Below are positions 41,571 to 51,868 of a stretch of 64,000 bases of DNA, one piece after another. Where the stretch lies: assembly GCA_963662285.2 (NCBI GenBank), contig CAXXMV010000008.1:160001-224000 (forward strand), read 5' to 3'. Under the pieces are notes generated by a model. That model worked only from the letters and a program-made list of their open reading frames with translations. It was not told the origin of the DNA and did no database searches. The stretch's first letter is position 1. Each line of letters starts with the position of its first letter. The position numbers and the translations under genes are program-made. This DNA comes from a bacterium (GTDB lineage: Bacteria > Hinthialibacterota > Hinthialibacteria > Hinthialibacterales > Hinthialibacteraceae).

Positions 41571-42050
41571 TTAAGCAGCTTGATGCACAGCTTCAAGAGT
41601 GTCGTCAATCATTTTTTTGAAGTCATAGACCATAACTCCAAAATATTTCTGTCCAGGAGAACGTACTAGAGAGATAGCTTCTTCCCCATTGACTAGTGCA
41701 AACATGTCTTGACCATCAGTCACAAAATAGAGTTCGTGTTCCAAGGGTTTATCGATATAGCGAGGCATGTTCTTACGCAAATAAGCGATTCCCTTGCGTA
41801 CTTTCTGCATACTTAACCCTTGTTTGCGCAACTGAAGGAACCATCTCAACATAACCAGATCAGACAACGAATACAGTTTATGCTTACCGCATCCCTGCGC
41901 CGGGCGTATGCTCGCTTTTATCAAGCCGGTTTTCTCGTAATAGTGCAAACGAACCGGATCAATCTTAATATCGTCCAAACGGCTAACGAGATCAATTACA
42001 TCACCCGATTGAAAAGCAGATTTAATTGATCGTATTTTACTTATTGTCAT
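41571..42050 (-). CDS. MerR family HTH regulator
   Basis: LHYYEKTGLI, LYSLSDLVML, GLSMQKVRK, FVTDG. RBS GAGGGG. Confidence 0.8.
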   Translation of the reverse strand: MTISKIRSIKSAFQSGDVIDLVSRLDDIKIDPVRLHYYEKTGLIKASIRPAQGCGKHKLYSLSDLVMLRWFLQLRKQGLSMQKVRKGIAYLRKNMPRYIDKPLEHELYFVTDGQDMFALVNGEEAISLVRSPGQKYFGVMVYDFKKMIDDTLEAVHQAA

Positions 42051-42183
42051 GGTTCCCCTCGTTTTTTTAAGCCGGATTGTCTAGCACCCTCCCCGCCTTG
42101 CGGGAAACCCCAGGGGGTTACGTTTCATGAAATCTTATTTGCATAGGTTACATCATAGCACAGTTTATACCTCAAGATAAAGA

Positions 42184-42220
42184 GAAAAAAAACAGCATCT
42201 TCAGATTTATCTGAAGATGC
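42184..42220 (-). terminator. Intrinsic terminator downstream of the histone-like gene
   Basis: GCATCTTCAGAT-N2-ATCTGAAGATGC followed on the minus strand by TG and a long T run. Confidence 0.65.
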
Positions 42221-42407
42221 CCTCAAAAACCCTACATATCCCATTGGGAAATAAAAAACAAATTTCTTGATGCACCACGAACTTCGAAGATTCATAGTCC
42301 ATAGCTAAAGCATGCTTCTAATATATCCATGCTGCCTTAGCAACTTTACTCCACATCATTATCTCTCTAGATAAGACATTAAAACATGAATACTAGTCCC
42401 CGAATCG

Positions 42408-42692
42408 TTATTTCTTCTTGGCTGCTGTTTTCTTCTTGGCTACAGTCTTTTTAGCCGCAGGAGCCTTCTTGGCTACAGCCTTTTTAGCCGCAGGGGCCTT
42501 CTTGGCCGCAGTCTTTTTCGCCGCAGGGGCCTTCTTTACTGCAGCCTTTTTAGCTGCAGGGGCCTTCTTGGCCGCAGTCTTTTTCGCCGCAGGGGCCTTC
42601 TTGGCTACAGTCTTTTTGGCTACGGTTTTTTTAACCACCGCTTTTTTCTTAACTGTAGTTTTCTTATTCGCCGCAGTTTTTTTCACTGCCAT
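42408..42692 (-). CDS. Histone H1-like Lys/Ala-rich DNA-binding protein
   Basis: Five KKAPAAKK units at an 11-aa (33-nt) period. RBS AAGGAGG; TTGACA upstream near 42777-42782. Confidence 0.85.
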   Translation of the reverse strand: MAVKKTAANKKTTVKKKAVVKKTVAKKTVAKKAPAAKKTAAKKAPAAKKAAVKKAPAAKKTAAKKAPAAKKAVAKKAPAAKKTVAKKKTAAKKK

Positions 42693-42883
42693 AGATTTTT
42701 ACCTCCTTCCAGGGTAATTAAAATCAGGGATTCTATATTCCCTAGACTTCTTTTATATTACAATTAGTGTAATTATGTCAAGTAAAAAATGCAATTAATC
42801 GAAAAAAAATTTGTAGCACTATACAAGTTTTTTTTTCATTTTGCCAAACAAATTCTTGCGAATGTATTGTAAATAAAGGCTAT

Positions 42884-44923
42884 TTGTGGTTTTTGAGGTT
42901 TCCGATGTATAAAAATTCGTCTATATATAGACTAAGATTTTTTTTAAATTTTTCCATTTTGTTTACAATTTTCCTTGTTCTTTTCTTATTTTTTCTATCT
43001 TCCAAGAGCGCCTCTCCATCTATTCGGCAATGGTTACATCATTTCAAGACGCTCCAACCCCATGCTTCCTGGATTGTTTTCATAAACATGCAGGGCGCTT
43101 TATGTCTTACTATCTTTGCCCTATCGCCGCTGTTGCGTAGTATTAAACTCTATAAACCCATCCGGTTCATTCTTATATTTTCGATCCTCTTCGCATCGAC
43201 TTTTCCTATCGGATATATATGGAAATTCAACTCCCTGTTTTATGAAAAATGGATGTGGTATTGCGTATTATGGTTTATGGGTTCATGCCTCAGCATTTTA
43301 GTCGCAGTATTCATCGCTGTGGATTGTTCAAACTCGCTTAAAAAAATCAGTTCTTGTTTAGAATCATTCTATGCATTCATACATTATAAGTCATGCGCAA
43401 AATCCGATTATTGGTATATCGCTGGTTTAAGTTTATGGGTATTAATTATTACTCTGGCGGTGAATGTATTGCTATTGGGAGGAATTCCTCATATATATGA
43501 TGGTGTGGCGCAATTATTCCAGGCGAAAGTATTCGCTCATGGATATGCAGCTATGCCTGCGCCTGACCAACCGGTTTTCTTTGAGCGAATGTATATCCCT
43601 ATAGAAGCAGGTCGTTGGTACGCCATTTATCCTCCAGGCTATGCTCTAATTTTAGCAATTGGAGTTTTATTACAATGCCCTCAATTGGTAAATCCAATAC
43701 TGTCAGCATTGATTATCCCCTTATTCTTTATCTATGCTCAACGGATTTCTTCACTATACGTCGCCCGTTTGGGATGTTTCTTTTTATCATTCTCTCCATT
43801 CTTTTTATTGATGGGCGGAGGATTTATGAATCATCCCACCTGCCTGTTGCTTCTATTTTTATTTCTCATACTCCTGGAATATTCATCAAGCGCTTCATCA
43901 ACTATTAAAATTACATTTGCAGCGGGATTCTGCGCTGGTTCAGCCTTTATTACGCGGCCTTTAACCGCCCTGTCATTTATCGCCGTAGGCTTGATATGGT
44001 TGGCCATTAAAGGTCGTAAAGACGCCAGGCGCCTTATGAAAACTGTCTTAATGGTCGGTTTGGGAGCATTGCCAGTTTTCTGTTTTTATTTATATTTCAA
44101 CCATCAAACCACCGGCGCCGCTCTTCGCACCGGTTACGTGCACTATTTCGACGCCAACCCAATGGGATTCGGCGACAAACCATGGGGCGAACATCCCCTC
44201 GGTCCACAGATACCCCGCGGCGAACATCATACTCCATTACGCGCTACGGCTAATATATTTTGCAACCTGAATGCGCTCAACTCATATCTATTCGGATGGC
44301 CGGTTCCATCACTGATATTCGCGTTTCTACTCTTTGCGCCGGGACTTCGCCGTACCAGGTCCGACTGGTTCTGCATCAGCGCCATAATAATGGTGCAGAC
44401 CATATATTTCTTCTATTTCTTCCAGGATGACTGCTTTGGACCACGTTTTCTCTATGAAACCATTCCTTTTTGGATCATACTCACCGCCCGGGCCATCGAA
44501 GAAATTCAAAACCGATGGCATAATAAGTTATTGATAAACCAGTCTCAAATACGCAGCCTAATATATATTATCCTTACGGCATATTTTATCATGGCAATAT
44601 GCACATCATGGATTGAACGAAGCGCACAATATGGAGATTCCTATTGGGGAACCAGAGATGAGATTGCGCAGCTGCTGCGCAAGGGAATTCAAGAAGAGAA
44701 CGCCGTTGTTTTCGTTGAAGACCCCAACGACCATATTGCCGTCTTTTCATTCCTTGATCCTAAACTGGATCAAGGTTGGATCATCGCCCATGATTTGGGA
44801 GACGAAAAAAACCGGGAATTATTGGTTCAATATCCTGAATGGCCGATATATCAATTGCGTCTAAAAGAAGATATAGCGACTAATCAGGTGGTTACGGTTC
44901 TGGAAAGAACCGATAGTTTTTAA
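42884..44923 (+). CDS. GT-C (PMT/ArnT-like, GT39-type) membrane glycosyltransferase
   Basis: Many TM helices, PHIYDG...FQAK.FA.G, YPPG, SPFF..M...FMNH, TRP, GPRFLYE. The start may be ATG 42905. Confidence 0.75.
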   Translation: MWFLRFPMYKNSSIYRLRFFLNFSILFTIFLVLFLFFLSSKSASPSIRQWLHHFKTLQPHASWIVFINMQGALCLTIFALSPLLRSIKLYKPIRFILIFSILFASTFPIGYIWKFNSLFYEKWMWYCVLWFMGSCLSILVAVFIAVDCSNSLKKISSCLESFYAFIHYKSCAKSDYWYIAGLSLWVLIITLAVNVLLLGGIPHIYDGVAQLFQAKVFAHGYAAMPAPDQPVFFERMYIPIEAGRWYAIYPPGYALILAIGVLLQCPQLVNPILSALIIPLFFIYAQRISSLYVARLGCFFLSFSPFFLLMGGGFMNHPTCLLLLFLFLILLEYSSSASSTIKITFAAGFCAGSAFITRPLTALSFIAVGLIWLAIKGRKDARRLMKTVLMVGLGALPVFCFYLYFNHQTTGAALRTGYVHYFDANPMGFGDKPWGEHPLGPQIPRGEHHTPLRATANIFCNLNALNSYLFGWPVPSLIFAFLLFAPGLRRTRSDWFCISAIIMVQTIYFFYFFQDDCFGPRFLYETIPFWIILTARAIEEIQNRWHNKLLINQSQIRSLIYIILTAYFIMAICTSWIERSAQYGDSYWGTRDEIAQLLRKGIQEENAVVFVEDPNDHIAVFSFLDPKLDQGWIIAHDLGDEKNRELLVQYPEWPIYQLRLKEDIATNQVVTVLERTDSF

Positions 44924-45066
44924 TAGGATTATGATTTAGATGCATCAATTTTTTGATACCCCCCCTCACCCTAGCCCTTCACCCGGTAGGAGAGGGGACT
45001 TGGTAAAACGAACATAATAAACGAACTTTTTTTACAATTGATCTAATAATAAAAGGATAATCTCGA

Positions 45067-46350
45067 ATGGCGAAATTCATGGTTGAAGGCGGGCATCCCA
45101 TAAGTGGTAAAATCCAACCGTCGGGCAATAAAAACGAAGCTCTCCCAGTGCTAGCTGCTGCGCTGTTGACCGATAAAAAAGTAAATTTCAGTAATGTTCC
45201 CGGCATTGGTGATGTAGCCAGTCTTCTGGAACTTATCGCCGCATGCGGCGCAACGATTCAAGAAACCAATTCACATCAACTATCCATCAAAGCTAATAAT
45301 TTAGAGGCATCCAAACTGCCGGCCAACCTGTGCAAAAAGATTCGCGCTTCCATGCTGTTGATTGCGCCATTACTGATTAGATGCGGACATGCGGAAATTC
45401 CCTTCCCCGGCGGCGACCGCATTGGACGGCGGCGGGTGGATACTCATTTGCTGGGATTAAAAGAGTTAGGCGCTGAATTTGAATTAACCGATAACTCGTA
45501 CAAGGTATGGTGCGATAAACGCTTGCAAGGCGCTGATATTCTGCTTGATGAAGCCAGCGTTACGGCGACGGAAAACCTGGTTATGGCGGCGGTTATGGCT
45601 AAAGGCGAGACCATTCTACGCAATGCCGCTTCTGAGCCTCATGTTCAACAATTATGCGCCTTCCTCAATCATTTAGGCGCTAAAATAGAAGGCATCGGCT
45701 CCAATGTATTGACAATCCAGGGAGTCGATTCTCTAAACGGGGGAAAACACCGCATCGCCGCCGATTATCTCGAAGTAGGAAGTTTTATCGGGCTGGCGGC
45801 CATTACCGGAGGAGAACTTTTAATTGAGAACGCTTCTCCTGATTACCTGCGCATGGTGCTTCATCAATATCAACGCCTGGGAGTTAACGTGGAAATTCGC
45901 GGCAACGATATTTTCGTACCCCAAAACCAGGAATTACGCATTCATGCAGACTTGCAGGCTACACAAGTGAAAATCGACGATGGTCCGTGGCCCGCTTTCC
46001 CGGCCGATCTGATGAGTATTGCGGTGGTCATGGCCACCCAAACTCAGGGCACGGTTATGATTTTTGAGAAGATGTTTGAAAGCCGTCTTTTCTTTGTTGA
46101 CCGCTTGATATCGATGGGCGCCAACATCATTCTGTGCGACCCGCACCGGGCGGTGATCGTGGGTCCAACACCCTTGCGGCGTCAGGTTATGAGCAGCCCG
46201 GACATTCGCGCCGGCATGGCGCTGCTTATGGCAGCCCTATGCGCCGAAGGAACCAGTGAAATACAAAATATCGAACAGATTGACCGTGGTTATGAGCGAC
46301 TAGATGAACGTCTAGCCGATCTCGGCGCTAAAATTAAACGCAAACGATAA
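45067..46350 (+). CDS. murA: UDP-N-acetylglucosamine 1-carboxyvinyltransferase
   Basis: [57 protein letters not shown]. Confidence 0.97.
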   Translation: MAKFMVEGGHPISGKIQPSGNKNEALPVLAAALLTDKKVNFSNVPGIGDVASLLELIAACGATIQETNSHQLSIKANNLEASKLPANLCKKIRASMLLIAPLLIRCGHAEIPFPGGDRIGRRRVDTHLLGLKELGAEFELTDNSYKVWCDKRLQGADILLDEASVTATENLVMAAVMAKGETILRNAASEPHVQQLCAFLNHLGAKIEGIGSNVLTIQGVDSLNGGKHRIAADYLEVGSFIGLAAITGGELLIENASPDYLRMVLHQYQRLGVNVEIRGNDIFVPQNQELRIHADLQATQVKIDDGPWPAFPADLMSIAVVMATQTQGTVMIFEKMFESRLFFVDRLISMGANIILCDPHRAVIVGPTPLRRQVMSSPDIRAGMALLMAALCAEGTSEIQNIEQIDRGYERLDERLADLGAKIKRKR

Positions 46351-46546
46351 TCAACTTGTAGATCACTTTATTTGATGATTCGAGCTGGATACTTATATTT
46401 TGCAGGATATAGATTTTCTAATGCAATTATTATGATATAATACATATTGATAATAAATCTGAGCATGATCATTACATAAATTAGTGATTCTGGATATTTC
46501 AAAGGAGAAACCAAAATTCTTATTAGTAGAATGCTGGTCATAGAAA

Positions 46547-47740
46547 ATGCAATTAAAAGATACCTTACCAGGAAATACTGAGAACATATCAACATTTTTC
46601 GCTCCAGCGGAAAGACTGGATGATGAACGTATTCAACTGCAAATTAGTAATATTAATCAAAATGCGATTTTTGATTCGCTTATAAAAACATTTGGATGCG
46701 TTGTATGCATATTGAACAGTAAACGCCAAATATTGGCGGTTAATGATAATTTGTTGCAATTATTAGGTCTACCTAGCGCAAAGAATATACTTGGTTTGAG
46801 ACCGGGAGAAGCTTTGCAGTGCGTCCATTCTGAAGATCATCCTGGTGGTTGCGGGACTAGTAAATATTGCAGTACTTGCGGGGCGGCTATTGCGATTGTA
46901 GCAACTCAAAAAAACAAAGCTCCCCAGGAACGTGAATGTTTGTTGAACATTACAGAAGACAATATTGCTATTGAAATGAAAGTGCGGGCTGAAACATTAG
47001 AGGTTTGCGGTGAAGAGTTGGTGTTGTTAATGCTTATCGATATCCGGGATGAAAAACGACGGGAATCTCTGGAACGGGCTTTTTTTCATGACTTGAATAA
47101 TGTATTAAGCGGTTTACTTTTATCAACTAAACTTTTAGAAGAAAACATTTCCAATAATCCTCAAGAACAATTGGATTCAATCACGACGTATGTTAATCGA
47201 TTAGTCAATGAGGTGCGTTGTCAGCAGTTCTTGAGTAATTCTGAAGAATACATGCCTCAAATTGAATTTGCATATTATAAAGTTTCTTCAATCATAAATG
47301 AAGTTAAACTCATTTTTCTGCAATACGTAAAATCCCGTAAAGAGATACTTACTATTCGCGATTTGAAAAAAGACATCCGTATCCAGACCGACAATACGCT
47401 TATTCAAAAAGTTTTTATGAATATGATAAAAAATGCTTTAGAAGCATCCAATTACAAGAATAAAGTCTATTTCTGGTGTGATATTGGAGAGGATTCAGTT
47501 ACTTGGAATGTACAAAACCAAGAGGTTATTCCAGAAAAGGTAGCATTACAGATATTTCAACGGTATTTTTCAACAAAAAAGCAAAAAGGGCATGGTCTGG
47601 GAACCCATAGTATGAAACTTTTTGGAGAAAAATACCTTGGAGGCAAAGTCTCCTTCACCAGTATTGAAGGTCAAGGGACCATCTTCTCATTTAATCATCC
47701 AATAAAAGTCAATAGCGAGATTATGAATCAATTTAGATAA
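46547..47740 (+). CDS. Cytoplasmic sensor histidine kinase with Cys-rich PAS-like domain
   Basis: H-box FFHDLNN, N-box NMIKNALEA, IFQRYFSTK, GHGLG. C-x9-C-x5-C-x2-C in the sensor region. Confidence 0.88.
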   Translation: MQLKDTLPGNTENISTFFAPAERLDDERIQLQISNINQNAIFDSLIKTFGCVVCILNSKRQILAVNDNLLQLLGLPSAKNILGLRPGEALQCVHSEDHPGGCGTSKYCSTCGAAIAIVATQKNKAPQERECLLNITEDNIAIEMKVRAETLEVCGEELVLLMLIDIRDEKRRESLERAFFHDLNNVLSGLLLSTKLLEENISNNPQEQLDSITTYVNRLVNEVRCQQFLSNSEEYMPQIEFAYYKVSSIINEVKLIFLQYVKSRKEILTIRDLKKDIRIQTDNTLIQKVFMNMIKNALEASNYKNKVYFWCDIGEDSVTWNVQNQEVIPEKVALQIFQRYFSTKKQKGHGLGTHSMKLFGEKYLGGKVSFTSIEGQGTIFSFNHPIKVNSEIMNQFR

Positions 47741-47974
47741 TGACGAAGCGGTAAAAAGTCAAAACTTGTTTTTATAATCATAATAATTGGTAGATTTGTA
47801 AGTGTTTTGTATACAAGAGAATGTGTGAGTTTCGTCTTTCATCCACTTTTTGTCGACTCTTCGGGTAATAGGCGTATATAGAAAGTATTTAATACGCGTT
47901 GGAAACTAAATCGAATTATCCAACCACTTCATCTTGATCGTAAATTTATACCGGACAGCCATTAAAATTCAACC

Positions 47975-49852
47975 ATGACCAATCTTCTCTTAGGACTCTG
48001 GCAATTCTTTTGGGCTTGGGGCTTTGGTTTCTTCCTGGCTAAACGTTTAAGAGGAAAACTGCCCTATGGCTACTATGTAGCAATATCTTTCGCTTTGGGA
48101 GAGACTTGCCTGACTTACGTCTATTTCGCGCTGGGTATGGCGGGCGGTCTGCGCTTATCGGTGCTTTTACCTCTCTCCATAATACTTACCGCTCTTTCAT
48201 TACTTTCCTGGAACCATGAAGGCGTGGATCTTGCGCAAAAAATCTTTGAACATCTACGAAAATCACCTGGATCAGCCGTTGTTGCAGCTATTATTCTAAT
48301 TATCTATTTTCTGGCCGCCTGCGTTCCTGAGCGCGAGGTTGATTCGCTTTGGTACCACCTGGCCGTACCGCTGCATTACATAACTCATGGCGGCTATATC
48401 CAGCTGGTTCCATTCAATATGCCATCTCATTACCCCATGAACGCCCACTTGCATTACTGTTTTTCTCTTTTAGTGGGCAACGACACAACAGCTAAAATTT
48501 TCAATTATTGCCATTTCTTCCCGCTATTAATACTGATCGGCGCCGTAACTAAGAGATATGCATCCGCCAAATGGAGTTTATTTGCGGTTGCGCTGTATCT
48601 GTGCAGCCTACATTTCCGCCTGCCCATGATGGTAAATGTGCAACGCGCGGTCTATTTCTACGTTTTTCTATCCTCCGCCCTGCTCTGGTATTCACTGGAG
48701 CGTGGACGCTGGAATTTGACTCTTCTGGCGGCGGTATTCTGCGGCATGAGTATGGGAACCAAATTTAACGGGCTGCTGTTTGGATTTGCGCCCCAATTAC
48801 TTTTTATGTCCCTACGTATGATTTTATGGAAACGCAAAGCATGGAGAAAGGAGACGCGGCGTATATGCGTATATTCTCTGATTGCGCTGGCCATGATGAG
48901 CCCCTGGATGATCAAATCCTATGTCTTCACTGGTAATCCACTATACCCCATGCTGGAAGAGGTCTTCCCCACTGATCCAGAGTTCATCCCGGCTATGAAA
49001 TCCAACGCCAACAATCATGGCATAAACCTATTTAAATCCAAAACCACCACCGAATTCTTTGGCCAGATAGGAGTAAACCTGCGCTGGCTGATATACAACG
49101 CCTATCTGCTCTTCTTTTTAGGTTTATTCTCGCTCTTTATCCTTTTATTTATCAGAAAAAAACGTTGGGGATATCCCGTAACTGCGACCCTGTTGGCTTA
49201 TGGATTCTTTCCCTTGCTGTGGGGTTCAGACATAGCGCGGTTGTTTGGCGTGAACAACGGCTTGGTCGTACTATGCATCACCCTGGTCGTGTCATGGCTC
49301 GTCCCGCGTATAAACCGGGGGCATTGGTTGGTAGGCATTATCCTGTTCAGCCTGTTTTTTACCTTTATCAAAGAACGCTATTATTTTCTCAGCAGCCCGA
49401 ACATCCGCTGGTATGGCGCCACGGCGCTCAGCGAACCAGCCCGGCGCGAGTGGATTCTGGAAAGACGCATCTTCTCAGACAAACTCTTCCGCATGAAGCA
49501 ATGGTTAGAACAAAACGCCGACCCAAACGATGAACTCTATGGCTACCGCACTGGATACCTGTTTTATCTGGATAGAAAATACATCGTCAGCGGCGCCCAT
49601 TTTAAGGAGCAGATCGACATCTGGCTGCATCAAGGCGCTGATTATACCGCCCAAAAACTGCATCAACTGGACGTCAAATGGTTTCTAACCAATCGCGACA
49701 ACTGGCAATACCAGAACGATAAGATCACACAGAACTGGCAGGAATTCATGCATCGATATCTGGAACCAGTACGTCATGAGGGTGAGATTCATTTATACCG
49801 TTTGTTATATAATGATGACGCCATGACCTATCCCGAAGGGAGAGAGGATTAG
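47975..49852 (+). CDS. GT-C-like polytopic membrane protein
   Basis: Many TM helices, DSLWYHLAVP, HYP, GTKFNG, PWMIKSYVFTGNPLYP, YLFYLDR. Confidence 0.75.
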   Translation: MTNLLLGLWQFFWAWGFGFFLAKRLRGKLPYGYYVAISFALGETCLTYVYFALGMAGGLRLSVLLPLSIILTALSLLSWNHEGVDLAQKIFEHLRKSPGSAVVAAIILIIYFLAACVPEREVDSLWYHLAVPLHYITHGGYIQLVPFNMPSHYPMNAHLHYCFSLLVGNDTTAKIFNYCHFFPLLILIGAVTKRYASAKWSLFAVALYLCSLHFRLPMMVNVQRAVYFYVFLSSALLWYSLERGRWNLTLLAAVFCGMSMGTKFNGLLFGFAPQLLFMSLRMILWKRKAWRKETRRICVYSLIALAMMSPWMIKSYVFTGNPLYPMLEEVFPTDPEFIPAMKSNANNHGINLFKSKTTTEFFGQIGVNLRWLIYNAYLLFFLGLFSLFILLFIRKKRWGYPVTATLLAYGFFPLLWGSDIARLFGVNNGLVVLCITLVVSWLVPRINRGHWLVGIILFSLFFTFIKERYYFLSSPNIRWYGATALSEPARREWILERRIFSDKLFRMKQWLEQNADPNDELYGYRTGYLFYLDRKYIVSGAHFKEQIDIWLHQGADYTAQKLHQLDVKWFLTNRDNWQYQNDKITQNWQEFMHRYLEPVRHEGEIHLYRLLYNDDAMTYPEGRED

Positions 49853-49868
49853 ATTTTCAGAGTGTTTT

Positions 49869-50022
49869 TTGTCTGAATCAGGATAGCCAGGATGAAAGGA
49901 TGCTCATGATGGTTCATTCTATAATCAATAAGTTCATAATCAGAATAACCTACAGGAAACAAAATGTTTTTTATGTCAAATCCTGAGCATCCGGAAAATC
50001 CTGAGTATCCGGATTCAGACAA
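49869..50022. repeat. TGTCTGAATC-bounded inverted-repeat element
   Basis: TTGTCTGAATC...GATTCAGACAA. Shares CAGGATGAAAGGATGCTCATGATG and ATCCTGAGTATCC with the 37647 copy and has a longer core. Confidence 0.8.
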
Positions 50023-50164
50023 GAAGAATCGCAAATATCCCATTTAAGGATATAATGTAAATCATCCCATAATTCCTGTTTTTTCTCTCTCTTCTTCCCA
50101 AAATCCATTGAATCCTGTATTGTCATATCAAGAAATATTCATTTTATAAGAGAGGGTATGGAAT

Positions 50165-51322
50165 ATGAAAATCAGCAAATCATTTAGCATGGCAAGCCTT
50201 CTTCTGGTGGTTGCGTTTTTCTCATCATCCGCAATGGCGCAGGAAGACTGGATTGAATTATTCAATGGAAAAGACCTTAATGGATGGAGTTACGTCCACG
50301 ATGTAGATTTCGATGTTCATGACGGCAACCTGCGCCTTATCAAAGGCATGGGCTGGCTGCGCAGCGATCAACTGTATGATGATTTCATCATGGAATTCGA
50401 ATGCAAAGCGCTGGTTGAAAATTATGACAGCGGTTTCTTCTTCCGCTCCAGCATAACCGGCAAACCCTGGCCTGACGCTGGCTTCCAAGTCAATCTCAAA
50501 ACCGATGCCATGGCTTACCTGGTTCGCGGTTATCGCGCAATGCTGAAAACTGAGTTGGAAACGATTCCCGTAGGAGAGTGGATGAAATTCCACCTGGAAT
50601 CCAAAGGCGAGGAAGCACGATTGGAATTAAACGGTAAAGAGATTTGGGAAGCGGATTTCATTGAACCGGAAATCGGCCTTATCGGCATCCAGGCCGAAAA
50701 CCGCGCCTTTGAATTCAGAAACATGCGCCTGCAAGAGATTGGCTATACCAATCTGTTAGTCGGCCAAGGCAATGACCTGAAGCATCTAACCGTACAAGCA
50801 GGTGAAAAAGACGCCTGGTCGCTCAAAGACGGCGTTTTGACCTGCAAAGGCAAGCAAGGCGGCTGGATCAGAACCAAGTCTGATGATTACGGCGACTTTA
50901 TCCTTAAACTTGATTTCATGGTTCCCAAAGAAGGCAACAGCGGCGTCTATATCCGCACTCCGAAAGAAGGCGACGGCGCCTACACGGGCATGGAAATTCA
51001 GATACTTGATGATGACGCCAAACATTGGGGCGAATTGCAGGCCTGGCAAAAAACCGGCTCTATTTATCATGAAGTGGCGCCGTCAGTCCGCGCGACCAAA
51101 CAAGCCGGCGATTGGCAGAGCATGATGATCAAAGCTGAGAAAAGCCAAATTACGATTTACGTCAATGGCGTACAGATAGTTGACGCTGATCTTGATGAAT
51201 ATGTTAAATCAAGCACTGATAGCAAAGCCTTGAAAGATCGCCCCCGAACGGGATATATCGGCTTTCAGAATTACGACGGCAACATCCAATACCGTAATGT
51301 TCGCGTGAAACGACTGAAATAA
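50165..51322 (+). CDS. Secreted tandem DUF1080 (3-keto-disaccharide hydrolase-like) protein
   Basis: Signal peptide, LFNGKDLNGW, DSGFFFR, GNSGVYIR, EIQILDD, TGSIY, GYIGFQ..YRN. Confidence 0.88.
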   Translation: MKISKSFSMASLLLVVAFFSSSAMAQEDWIELFNGKDLNGWSYVHDVDFDVHDGNLRLIKGMGWLRSDQLYDDFIMEFECKALVENYDSGFFFRSSITGKPWPDAGFQVNLKTDAMAYLVRGYRAMLKTELETIPVGEWMKFHLESKGEEARLELNGKEIWEADFIEPEIGLIGIQAENRAFEFRNMRLQEIGYTNLLVGQGNDLKHLTVQAGEKDAWSLKDGVLTCKGKQGGWIRTKSDDYGDFILKLDFMVPKEGNSGVYIRTPKEGDGAYTGMEIQILDDDAKHWGELQAWQKTGSIYHEVAPSVRATKQAGDWQSMMIKAEKSQITIYVNGVQIVDADLDEYVKSSTDSKALKDRPRTGYIGFQNYDGNIQYRNVRVKRLK

Positions 51323-51344
51323 GTTGTATCGAGATATAACTATT

Positions 51345-51378
51345 AACGGGGTGGATCATAGTGATCCACCCCGTTTTG
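51345..51378 (+). terminator. Intrinsic terminator
   Basis: AACGGGGTGGATCA-TAG-TGATCCACCCCGTT followed by TT. Confidence 0.75.
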
Positions 51379-51416
51379 GTTGTGCTTATAATGACTTTTG
51401 TCCTCTGCTAAGGTAA

Positions 51417-51577
51417 TCGTTATCAACCCTCTCCTAACCTCTCCCAATCTTGGGAGAGGAATGTAATTCCAAGGTTTTTTATATAACTAAGTAAAACAAT
51501 ATAAGATAGTTATCTTTCAAAATCCCTCTCCCTCAATTTGTGGGAGAATTCAAGAGGGGGTTGTTTTCAAACCCTTA
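51417..51577. repeat. About 160-bp REPIN/MITE-like element (family A, outward pair)
   Basis: The reverse complement aligns with 35999-36163. Confidence 0.85.
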
Positions 51578-51588
51578 TTTCATGCAAG

Positions 51589-51840
51589 TCATTCCGTAGC
51601 TTCGTTTTGTGGATTGGATATTGATTTGGCGATTTTCACCGCCTCATCAGCATCTTTCTCAAGAACTAGAAAACGTGAATATCCTTCGGCTGGTTCAGAA
51701 GCTTGTTGGAACGATAAGGCATGAATTTTCTGAATAAAATAATCAATGCCAGCATCATCAAAAGCATTAGCGATCAAATTTTCATGAACGTAATCCTCGG
51801 CGAAGCCAATAGGTATCATGTTTTCCTGCTCGCGATTCAT
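51589..51840 (-). CDS. Small DUF2007-like protein
   Basis: AGGAG precedes ATG 51840; ENLIANAFDDAGIDYFI, FLVLEKDADEAVKI. Confidence 0.7.
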   Translation of the reverse strand: MNREQENMIPIGFAEDYVHENLIANAFDDAGIDYFIQKIHALSFQQASEPAEGYSRFLVLEKDADEAVKIAKSISNPQNEATE

Positions 51841-51868
51841 TATTGATTCTCCTAAAGTTTGAACAACT

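Noticed and set aside
42084-42121. GC-rich stretch upstream of the merR-like gene as a structured ncRNA
   Set aside because: Only short imperfect stems are present and I recognise no family.
42418-42717. 99-aa Ala/Phe-rich plus-strand ORF
   Set aside because: It is the antisense shadow of the histone-like repeat gene, which has the RBS and terminator.
46368-46595. Short minus-strand ORFs between murA and the kinase
   Set aside because: They are AT-rich, lack an RBS or motif, and overlap the kinase start.
47741-47862. Possible degenerate IS/MITE ends (GACGAAGCGGTAAAAAGTC and CACTTTTTGTCGACTCTTC)
   Set aside because: The match is weak, there is a single copy and no TSD.
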